Assembly (NCBI GenBank): GCA_035651155.1
Contig: DASRGG010000021.1
Location: 339,752 to 403,751 of the forward strand
Source: Candidatus Limnocylindria bacterium
Lineage (GTDB): Bacteria; Chloroflexota; Limnocylindria; P2-11E
Direction of reading: 5' to 3'
Length of the DNA stretch: 64,000 nucleotides
Shown here piece by piece: positions 51,983-59,278 of this stretch (its first letter is position 1; every line of letters starts with the position of its first letter). A program made the translations under genes and the position numbers. Under the pieces are notes generated by a model. That model was not told the DNA's origin, did not search any database, and worked only from the letters and a program-made list of their open reading frames with translations.

Positions 51983-52896
51983 GCGCGCTTCGTCCTCGCG
52001 TTGAAGAACGCCATGAGCGCGGGTACGAACGGCCGGTCGGTGAAGAGCTCGACGCTGTCGATCTTGAGGCGCCCGAGCGCGCGCCGGCGTTCGACGCGCC
52101 GCCGCCGCGCGGCGTCGGCGTAGTCCGCGCGGAGCCGCTCGTCGGAGGTGTCCACGTACGCGATGCGGCCCGTCTCCGCGTCCTCGAGCGCGACGACGCC
52201 GACGTCGGGCAGCTCGAGCTCGCGCGGGTCGTTGAGGAGCACCGCGATGACGTCGTGCTTGCGGCCGAGCATGCGCAGCGACGCGTCCAGGTCAACGTCG
52301 ATGAAGTCGGAGACGAGGAAGACCACGCTGCGCTTCTTCGTCACGTTCGTCAGGAAGCGCGCGGCGGCGGCGAGCTCGGTCCGCGTCCGGCGCGGCTCGG
52401 CGTAGAGGAGCTCGCGGATCACGCGGAGAAGGTGGTCGCGTCCCCGTCGCGACGGCAGCCACTCCTGCATCCCGGACGCGAAGCGCAACAGGCCGACGCG
52501 ATCGCTGTTCTCCATCGCCGTCAAGGCGAGCAGCGCGGCGACTTCCGCGCCGAGCTCCCGCTTGCTCTGCGGCACGCTCCCGAACCACGACGACGCTGAG
52601 ACGTCGACGGCGAGGAAGATGTTGAGGTCGCGATCCTCGCGGAACTTCTTGATGAAGGGCGTGCCCATGCGCGCGGTCACGTTCCAGTCGATGCTGCGGA
52701 TGTCGTCGCCGGGCTCGTATTCGCGGACCTCCTCGAATTCGAGCCCGGACCCGCGGAAGACGCTGCGGTACGTGCCGAGGAGCGCCTCGTCGGCGAGGAT
52801 GCGCGCCTTGATCTCCACCGCTCGGATCCGCCGCACGACCGTGCCCGGGAGTCCCGGCTCCGATCCCTCGCGGTCGACCGCGCGAGCGAGCGTCAT
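51979..52896 (-). CDS. DUF58 domain protein (MoxR partner)
   Basis: GLEFEEVREYEPGDDIRSIDW motif characteristic of DUF58. Confidence 0.8.
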   Translation of the reverse strand: MTLARAVDREGSEPGLPGTVVRRIRAVEIKARILADEALLGTYRSVFRGSGLEFEEVREYEPGDDIRSIDWNVTARMGTPFIKKFREDRDLNIFLAVDVSASSWFGSVPQSKRELGAEVAALLALTAMENSDRVGLLRFASGMQEWLPSRRGRDHLLRVIRELLYAEPRRTRTELAAAARFLTNVTKKRSVVFLVSDFIDVDLDASLRMLGRKHDVIAVLLNDPRELELPDVGVVALEDAETGRIAYVDTSDERLRADYADAARRRRVERRRALGRLKIDSVELFTDRPFVPALMAFFNARTKRA

Positions 52897-52898
52897 GG

Positions 52899-53894
52899 CT
52901 AGGGCAGGGCGACCTTGTCGAGCACCTGCGTGATGATCACTTCGGGCGTGACCTCTTCGGCCTCGGCCTGGTAAGTGACGATGAGCCGGTGACGCATGAC
53001 GTCAAGCGCGACGGCCTTCACGTCGTCGGGCAGGACGTAGTCACGGCCCTCGAGGAAAGCGTTCGCGCGCGCGGCGAGCGAGATGAAGATGGAGGCGCGC
53101 GGCGAGACGCCGAACGAGATGAGCTGCCGCAGCTCGTCGAGGCCGAACTGCGCGGGCTCGCGCGTGGCGAAGACGATGCGCACGATGTAGTCCTTGAGCG
53201 ACTCGTCCATGTGGACCTGGCGGACCGCGGCGCGCGCGTCGAGCACGGCCTTCGGCGTCGCGACGCGCCGGATCTCCGGCACGACGCCGGAGGTCTGCCG
53301 GTCCATGATCTCCCGCTCTTCCTGCTGCGAGGGGTAGCCGATGACCACCTTCATCATGAAGCGGTCGACCTGCGCCTCGGGCAGGCGGTACGTGCCCTCG
53401 TGCTCGATCGGGTTCTGCGTCGCGAGGACCATGAACAGCTCTCCCAGCGGATGGGTCGTCCCGCCGATGGAGACCTGTTTCTCCTGCATCGCCTCGAGGA
53501 GCGCGCTCTGCACCTTGGGCGGCGCGCGGTTCACCTCGTCCGCGAGGAGGATGTCGGTGAAGATCGGCCCGAGCCGCGGCCGGAAGGTCTGGTCGGCCGG
53601 GTTGTAGATCATCGTGCCGTTCAGGTCGGCGGGGAGCAGGTCCGGCGTGAACTGGATGCGCTTGAAGCTCGCCTCGATGGTGTCCGAGAGCGTCTTCACC
53701 GCGAGCGTCTTCGCGAGCCCGGGAACGCCCTCGATGAGGAGGTGGCCGTTGCACAGGAGCGCGAGGAGCAGCCGGTTCACCAGGTAGTCCTGCCCGACGA
53801 TGACCTTGCGGACCTCGTGCAGCACCGGCGCGATGAAGTCGCCGCGCCGGAGGACGGAGTCGTTCGTCGTCGGTGGGCGGTACGTCTTCACCAC
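52899..53894 (-). CDS. MoxR family AAA+ ATPase
   Basis: Walker A GVPGLAKT, Walker B LLADEVNRAPPKVQSALLEAMQE, sensor regions; 331 aa. Confidence 0.9.
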   Translation of the reverse strand: MVKTYRPPTTNDSVLRRGDFIAPVLHEVRKVIVGQDYLVNRLLLALLCNGHLLIEGVPGLAKTLAVKTLSDTIEASFKRIQFTPDLLPADLNGTMIYNPADQTFRPRLGPIFTDILLADEVNRAPPKVQSALLEAMQEKQVSIGGTTHPLGELFMVLATQNPIEHEGTYRLPEAQVDRFMMKVVIGYPSQQEEREIMDRQTSGVVPEIRRVATPKAVLDARAAVRQVHMDESLKDYIVRIVFATREPAQFGLDELRQLISFGVSPRASIFISLAARANAFLEGRDYVLPDDVKAVALDVMRHRLIVTYQAEAEEVTPEVIITQVLDKVALP

Positions 53895-53966
53895 GTCACA
53901 GCGTACCGGCTGGGCGGCCGGCGGGATCGCCCTTTTGGGCAGATCGCAGCACGTGGCGCGGAGCGC

Positions 53967-54420
53967 CTACGCCGTGAGCGCTCGCAGCACCTCGACCGCG
54001 TGACCGTCGGGCTTCACCGCGTACCAGGCTTTCGTGATCTTCCCGTCGGGCCCGACGAGGAAGGACGAGCGGATGACGCCCTCGCCGCGGCCGGGCCGGT
54101 CACCCCACGCGCCGTACGCCTTGTGCACCGAGCGATCGGCGTCGGTGAGCAGGTCGAACCGCAGCCCGTACTTCTTCTGGAAGGCCTGGTGCGAGTTGGC
54201 GTCGTCCTGAGAGATGCCGATCACCGGGACGCCGAGCGAGCGGAACTGCGCGAGGTTGTCGTTCAGCTGGCACGCCTCGGTCGTGCAGCCCGGCGTGTCG
54301 TCCTTGGGGTAGAAGTAGAGGAAGTAGGTCTTCCCCTTGAGCGACTCGCTCGAGACGGTCTTGCCGTTCTCATCCGGGAGCGAGAACGCGGGCGCGGTGT
54401 CGCCGGGCTTGAGCTCCATT
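53967..54420 (-). CDS. bcp: Peroxiredoxin Bcp (thiol peroxidase, AhpC/TSA family)
   Basis: FYPKDDTPGCTTEAC peroxidatic/resolving Cys motif; ~150 aa. Confidence 0.85.
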
Positions 54421-54445
54421 CGTGCGCCTCCCCGGTGGACGGAGT

Positions 54446-56341
54446 CTATTTCGCTGACCGCACGCCGCGCATGCGCTCTGCCGTGCGCATCGCCAGCGCC
54501 ATCACGGTCGTCATCGGATTCACGCCCGAGGCGCTCGGGAACGCGCTCGCGTCGGTCACGTAAAGACCGCGCACGCCCCAGACCCGGCCGTCGGGGTCGG
54601 CGACCGAGGACGCGCGATCCCGCCCGATGCGGCAGCTCGACATCTGATGTGCCGAGAAGAGCGTCACCCGGTTGGCGGCGATACCGCGCCGGCCGATCTC
54701 CGCCACGAGATCGTCGACCCGCGTCGCCTCGAGGTCGAGCGGCGGTGTGTGCAGAGTGAAGATGCGCCGCGCGCCGGCGGCGGCGTGGATCCGCGCGGCC
54801 TCGACCATCCCGCGCTCGAGGAGTGCGCGCTCGCTCGCGCCATTCACGTAGCTGACGAGCGGCTCCCCGTCGCGGTCGACCGTCACGCGCCCTGCATCGC
54901 GATCGCGCACGATCGCGATGAACGGCGCGACGTGGCGCGCTTCGGTCGCGCGACCCTGGTGCGCCGCCGCGCCCCACCAGGGGAACGAGGCCGCCAGGAT
55001 GCCCGGATACGCCTGCGGGACCTCGAGGCGGAAGCCGTGCGCGCCGTCGATCTCGGCGAACGCGCTCACGACGACCGACTGCGGCACGCCCGACCACACA
55101 CCGCCGAGGTCCTCGTCGTACACGCCGGAGGTGACGGACACCGGGTGCAGGTGCAGGCCGCGACCGGCCTGTCCGGACGCGATCCCCGATCGCAGCAGCA
55201 GCGCCGGTGAGTGGATCGACCCGCCCCCGAGGGCGATGAGCGGCGCGCGCACTCTCAGCTCACCGCCCTCGACCCGTGCGGTCACGCCGGTCACGGCTCC
55301 GCGCGCGGACTCGATGCGGCGCGCGTCGGTGCCGGCGAGGATCTCGGCGCCCGCGGCCGAGGCATCGGCGAGGAACGTGCGCGGCGCCGACTGCTTCGCG
55401 CCGCGACGGCAGCCGAGCGTGCAGTGCCCGCAGTCGCCGCAGCCCTTCACGTTGCGCGCGATCGTCGCCGGCTCGAGTCCGAGCGCGCTCGCGCCCCGCT
55501 CGAGGGCGGCGTTCGCGCCGTTGCGCGCGCTCTCGTCGGTGTCGACGTCGGACCGCGCCTCGACCGCCGCGTAGCACGCCGCGAGATCGTCGACGCCCGC
55601 GCGCCGCCACTCCTCGGCGACCGCCGGGCTGATGCGCAGCGAGGTGTTCCAGTTGACGACGGTACCGCCGCCGACCGCCGATCCCGCGAGCAGGGCGATG
55701 GCGCGATCCTGCGTCGCGGCGATGCCGCGATCGACGAAGAGCGCCGCGTAGCCCGCGAGCTCGCGCGAGTCAAAGGAGTCCTCGAACCGCGGCCGAGCGC
55801 GCTCGAGGATGACCACGCGCTTGCCGGCGCCCGCGAGCGTAGCGGCGGCGACGGCCCCGCCCGCGCCCGAGCCGATGACGCAGACGTCAGCCTCGATGAC
55901 CTCGCCGGCGCGCGGCACGCGCACGCGGAGCGTCGATGGCGACATGGGCGGCAGCGGCGGACGCGCGTAGCCCATCGCCGCGGCGTAGGGCGAGCCGTCG
56001 ACGCCATACGCATAGAGCAGGGTGAGGCGCTTCATGACCTGGAACGCGCGGCGCTTCAGCGCGAGCGGACTGGTCGCCCACCGCTTGAGATACGCCTCGC
56101 GCTCGTGGTGCGCGAGCGAGGAGAAGCGCGACGGACGGCCGGTGAGGATGAGATTGAGCGGCGGCGATTCGATGGTGTCGAGGAGCTGATCGAGCTCGGC
56201 GAGGAGCGCGGGCCGCCCGAGCGCGGTGACCTCGGCCCGGAGCAGCTCGGGCACGCCGAGCGCGGATGCGGAGGGAAGGCCATCGCCGCCGGGTACGAAG
56301 GTGTCGCAGATCGCGGCGAGCGCGCGTGCGCGGTCCGGCAC
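54446..56341 (-). CDS. GMC family FAD-dependent oxidoreductase with N-terminal gluconate-2-dehydrogenase-subunit-3-like extension
   Basis: ADVCVIGSGAGGAVAA (FAD GxGxxG), GMC core and C-terminal active-site region (HQMSSCRIG, GLYVTDASAFPSASGVNP). The first ~140 aa (ICDTFVPGGDGLPSASALGVPEL) resemble the small subunit family fused in frame. Confidence 0.75.
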   Translation of the reverse strand: MPDRARALAAICDTFVPGGDGLPSASALGVPELLRAEVTALGRPALLAELDQLLDTIESPPLNLILTGRPSRFSSLAHHEREAYLKRWATSPLALKRRAFQVMKRLTLLYAYGVDGSPYAAAMGYARPPLPPMSPSTLRVRVPRAGEVIEADVCVIGSGAGGAVAAATLAGAGKRVVILERARPRFEDSFDSRELAGYAALFVDRGIAATQDRAIALLAGSAVGGGTVVNWNTSLRISPAVAEEWRRAGVDDLAACYAAVEARSDVDTDESARNGANAALERGASALGLEPATIARNVKGCGDCGHCTLGCRRGAKQSAPRTFLADASAAGAEILAGTDARRIESARGAVTGVTARVEGGELRVRAPLIALGGGSIHSPALLLRSGIASGQAGRGLHLHPVSVTSGVYDEDLGGVWSGVPQSVVVSAFAEIDGAHGFRLEVPQAYPGILAASFPWWGAAAHQGRATEARHVAPFIAIVRDRDAGRVTVDRDGEPLVSYVNGASERALLERGMVEAARIHAAAGARRIFTLHTPPLDLEATRVDDLVAEIGRRGIAANRVTLFSAHQMSSCRIGRDRASSVADPDGRVWGVRGLYVTDASAFPSASGVNPMTTVMALAMRTAERMRGVRSAK

Positions 56342-56371
56342 GCGGCCAGCCTAGGGCGTCGGGCCCAGCGC

Positions 56372-56531
56372 CCTACTTCTTGACGGTGCGCCGCGCGACG
56401 CCGCCGTACACGGTCGGACCGTCGAGCCTCGCCCACGCCGCGTCGGCCTTCGTCTTGTCCGCGTACACGACGACGGTGTCCTCGTTGGCGCGCTCGTCCC
56501 ACGCGGTGACGACGAACACGACATCGGCCAC
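56372..56531 (-). CDS. Small hypothetical protein (~52 aa) with strong RBS
   Basis: Alternative frame to the track ORF: GGAGGTAATCAT-GTG, then ADVVFVVTAWDERANEDTVVVYADKTKADAAWARLDGPTVYGGVARRTVKK with balanced composition. Coordinates are +/-2 nt. Confidence 0.3.
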
Positions 56532-56586
56532 ATGATTACCTCCGAGACATCAGAACGCCGGCAACCGGCCGGCGTTCAGTGCGCTG

Positions 56587-56659
56587 AGCGGAAGACGGGT
56601 CTCGAACCCGCGACCTCGTCCTTGGCAAGGACGCGTTCTACCAACTGAACTACTTCCGC
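56587..56659 (-). tRNA. tRNA-Gly (anticodon GCC)
   Basis: GCGGAAG/CTTCCGC acceptor, anticodon stem CGTCC/GGACG with loop TTGCCAA, T-arm GCGGG-TTCGAGA-CCCGT. Confidence 0.85.
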
Positions 56660-56687
56660 ATGCAGGCGAGACGCGACGCGACCCCAA

Positions 56688-56921
56688 TCATAAAACCTTG
56701 GGACGACCGACGCGCGCCGCGTATCGCTTCGGCGAACGGACGCGCAAAGCAGTCACACGTTTGAGATCCCGGATGCTGACGTATGCCTCGGGGTCACCCG
56801 CCCGCCTGGCCCGCGCCACTTTGCCCGCGGCTATCAGGCGATAGAGCGTTGCCCGCGACAGGCCGAACTGCCGCAGCGCGGCCCTGACCGTGAGCCAATT
56901 CCTTGTATCACGTTGTATCAT
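56688..56921 (-). CDS. AlpA/excisionase-family HTH DNA-binding protein
   Basis: 77 aa; RAALRQFGLSRATLYRLIAAGKVARARRAG is a phage-excisionase/AlpA-type HTH_17. Confidence 0.6.
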   Translation of the reverse strand: MIQRDTRNWLTVRAALRQFGLSRATLYRLIAAGKVARARRAGDPEAYVSIRDLKRVTALRVRSPKRYAARVGRPKVL

Positions 56922-56932
56922 GTTGTCTCAGT
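56903..56932. repeat. Three tandem decamers TTGTATCACG / TTGTATCATG / TTGTCTCAGT spanning the start codon of the AlpA-like gene
   Basis: Read directly: ccTTGTATCAcgTTGTATCAtgTTGTCTCAgt. Copy 2 contains the ATG (reverse strand). Confidence 0.5.
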
Positions 56933-56962
56933 CGAAACCTCTAGCCATTTTCCGTCTTCGCG

Positions 56963-57271
56963 GTGCAAGCGGCAACCGATAGCGAATCGGAGAATCTACT
57001 GAAGAACACGACGGCCCAGGGCGATGTCACGGAGTGGCAGGTCGCGGCGGCGCTCATGCGCCAGGGCCACAAATTGCTTCGTCCGCTCTCGTCAGCCACT
57101 CGCTACGACCTCCTGATCGATCACGAGGATGGCAGGTGCACGCGCGTCCAGTGCAAGACTGGCGTCTTGCGGAACGGTTGCGTCGTATTCCGCCTCTACA
57201 GCGTCAGCGGGCACAATGGCGGGTACCACTTAGCCTCATCGCATGGCACGTCGAACAGGAGAGCAAGAGCG
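56963..57271 (+). pseudogene. PD-(D/E)XK nuclease-like N-terminal fragment fused in frame to the downstream VOC gene
   Basis: GDVTEWQVAAALMRQGHKLLRPLSSATRYDLLIDHEDGRCTRVQCKT has the E...YDLI...RVQVKT spacing of small Hjc/endonuclease-like PD-(D/E)XK proteins. It runs without a stop into the VOC gene, which has its own RBS and ATG at 57272. Confidence 0.35.
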
Positions 57272-57700
57272 ATGACCACCAAGCTGAACGTCACCTCGGT
57301 CAAGGTCCTCGACCAGCACGAGGCGCTCGACTTCTACGTGAACAAGCTCGGCCTCGAGAAGGCCCAGGACATCAGGCAGGGGCCCTTCCGCTGGCTGACG
57401 GTGCGGTTCCCGGGCGACGAGGTCGAGATCTTCCTCGAGGAGCCAGGACCGCCTCTTCACGACGAGGCGACCGCCGCGCAGCTGCGGGAGCTCATCGCCA
57501 AGGGCGCCATGAGCTCGCTCGTTTTCTACTCGGACGACGTACGGGGTCTTTACGAGACGCTGCAGGCGCGCGGCGTGAGCGACTTCACCCAGGAGCCGAT
57601 CGAGCACGCCTACGGGACCGACATGGGACTCCGCGATCCCTTCGGCAACGCGATCCGGGTCCTCCAGCCGCCGAAGTCCCGGCAGAAAGCGACGGTGTGA
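57272..57700 (+). CDS. VOC family protein (glyoxalase/bleomycin resistance fold)
   Basis: MTTKLNVTSVKVLDQHEALDFYVNKLGLEK...FRWLTV...IFLEE...FYSDDVRGLYETLQARGV...DPFGN is a paired beta-alpha-beta-beta-beta module pattern; AGGAG RBS upstream. Confidence 0.75.
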   Translation: MTTKLNVTSVKVLDQHEALDFYVNKLGLEKAQDIRQGPFRWLTVRFPGDEVEIFLEEPGPPLHDEATAAQLRELIAKGAMSSLVFYSDDVRGLYETLQARGVSDFTQEPIEHAYGTDMGLRDPFGNAIRVLQPPKSRQKATV

Positions 57701-57702
57701 CG

Positions 57703-58161
57703 ATGCCCGCGAAGAAGACCGCGACAAAGACCGGTGCCAAGCGCGAGCGCGGGTCGGGCCTCACCGCCGAGGAGAAGGCCGCCATGCGGGAGACGCTCGC
57801 GGACGAGAAGGCGAGAGCGAAGGGCGTCGAGGGCGAGAAGCTGCTTCTCCAGAAGATCGCCGCGATGAAGGAGCCCGACCGCGGCATGGCAAAGCGCATC
57901 CACGCGATCGTGAAGGCGAATGCTCCGAGCCTCACGCCAACTACCTGGTACGGGATGCCGGCGTATTCGAAGAACGGCAAGGCCGTCCTCTTCTTCCAGG
58001 ACGCTGCCAAGTTCAAAGCGCGCTACGCGACGCTGGGCTTCAACGACATCGCGACGCTGGACGACGGAGAGATGTGGCCGACGTCGTTCGCGCTCAAGGA
58101 GATGAACGCGGCGACCGAGGCGAAGATCGCGGCGCTCGTGAAGAAGGCGGTGCGGTCCTAG
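57703..58161 (+). CDS. DUF1801 domain protein (YdhG-like)
   Basis: 152 aa; Lys-rich N-terminus, then KRIHAIVKANAPSLTPTTWYGMPAYSKNGKAVLFF typical of DUF1801. Confidence 0.6.
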   Translation: MPAKKTATKTGAKRERGSGLTAEEKAAMRETLADEKARAKGVEGEKLLLQKIAAMKEPDRGMAKRIHAIVKANAPSLTPTTWYGMPAYSKNGKAVLFFQDAAKFKARYATLGFNDIATLDDGEMWPTSFALKEMNAATEAKIAALVKKAVRS

Positions 58162-58543
58162 AACGCGTCTTCGCGACGTTGTGCGCGACGGCGGCCTTCA
58201 CGATCACCTTGAGCGCCCGCTCATCGAGCTTCTCGTTCTCAGAGACGTCGATCGCCCGCGACTTGCCCAAGAGCTGGGCATTGAAGAGCTTCTTCGGGTC
58301 CGGAAGGCTCGAGCCCGCCGGGAACGAGAGCCGCACTCGCTCCTTGAGGACGACCCCGATGCACACTATCCCGTCGTGCGACCAGACGGCGGAGCCGAGC
58401 GGATCGCTGGGTCGCTTCCACTTCACGTCCTCCGCAATGTCGGGGTCCGCGTCGTGGACGATCTTTCGGAGCCTCGCCAGCGTCGCGCCGCGCCGACCGG
58501 GCGTCTTCGCGATCAGCGCGTCGACCGGGCCCGCTCGTGTCAC
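58158..58543 (-). CDS. DUF1801 domain protein (second, convergent copy)
   Basis: VDALIAKTPGRRGATLARLRKIVHDADPDIAEDVKWKRPSDPLGSAVWSHDGIVCIGVVLKERVRLSFPAG. Likely GTG start; stops of the two DUF1801 genes overlap tail-to-tail by 2 nt. Confidence 0.5.
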
Positions 58544-58567
58544 GGGAGCGTCACCGAAACGACACTG

Positions 58568-58615
58568 TGCCGAGGGCCAGGATCGAACTGGCGACACATG
58601 GTTCTTCAGACCATG
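58568..58615 (-). other. tRNA-like fragment (anticodon arm with GAA, variable loop, T-arm, 3' acceptor strand; D-arm absent)
   Basis: Reverse strand: CATGGT-CTGAAGA-ACCATG, TGTC, GCCAG-TTCGATC-CTGGC, CCTCGGC-A. The 5' side has only GCCGA and no D-arm, so it is a pseudo-tRNA or att remnant, not a functional tRNA-Phe. Confidence 0.35.
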
Positions 58616-58722
58616 CGTCTCGGATTCGGCCAGAACGCTAGCAAATCGACGACGGGGCGCACGACGACGCATTGTCCAGCAACGAATTGTCCGACGAGCG
58701 TCGCGCGCTCCATGCCGCCTTG

Positions 58723-59268
58723 TCAGCCTGATTTCTCGATCTGCGCGATCGCGTTCTTCGCCATCTCGTTCAACGTGTCCACCGCCTCTTCGAGTGCCTG
58801 GCGCTTCTCGGTTGGCTTCGCAGTCGTGTCGCCCGCCTTGGCGTCGTTGAACGCGAGCGCGTATTGGTTGAAGGCAACAAAGACCTTCTGGTACTGGTCG
58901 ACGAACTGCTGCGAGTCGGTCTCGAGCGCGAGCTGGGCGCGCGCCTCGTTCACACCCTTCGACCCCTCCTGGAGCATGGCCGTGAGGCGCTTGTTCTTCG
59001 CGTCGTCGGTCTCGCCGCCATAGCCGAAGACCATGCCGACGGAGACGGACTGCATCGACCACGAGCCGAGGAGGAGTGGCTGCAGTGCAGCGCGCATGCG
59101 CGCGAGCTTGCCATCGCGCACCAAACGCCGGTCGCGGCGAGTGTCGCGCCGCTCCTCGAAGTAGGCCGCGAGCCAGAAGCCCGCGAGCGCGCCGAGCGCT
59201 GGACCGATGAGCGGCCACGCGGAAGCGATCCACCCCGTGACCGTCGAGATCAGCGCTGCAATGTCCAT
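58723..59268 (-). CDS. Small membrane-anchored hypothetical protein, third gene of the pAgo operon
   Basis: 181 aa; one N-terminal TM (AALISTVTGWIASAWPLIGPALGALAGFWLAAYF), then a soluble helical domain. ATG lies 10 nt downstream of the pAgo stop, same strand. Confidence 0.5.
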   Translation of the reverse strand: MDIAALISTVTGWIASAWPLIGPALGALAGFWLAAYFEERRDTRRDRRLVRDGKLARMRAALQPLLLGSWSMQSVSVGMVFGYGGETDDAKNKRLTAMLQEGSKGVNEARAQLALETDSQQFVDQYQKVFVAFNQYALAFNDAKAGDTTAKPTEKRQALEEAVDTLNEMAKNAIAQIEKSG

Positions 59269-59278
59269 CTTCGCAAGA

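Noticed and set aside
56351-56533. Track ORF MWPMSCSSSPRGTSAPTRT...
   Set aside because: Ser/Pro/Arg-rich shadow frame. The adjacent frame has an RBS and balanced composition and is preferred, itself at low confidence.
56587-56659. tRNA-Gly as the integration site of the SPARTA island
   Set aside because: The island lies on the 5' side of the tRNA, and no direct repeat of the tRNA 3' end was found within the window. The association is noted but classical 3'-end integration is not supported.
58568-58615. Functional tRNA-Phe
   Set aside because: The anticodon arm, T-arm and 3' acceptor strand are present, but there is no D-arm and the 5' acceptor strand pairs at only 5 of 7 positions. It is called a tRNA-like fragment.
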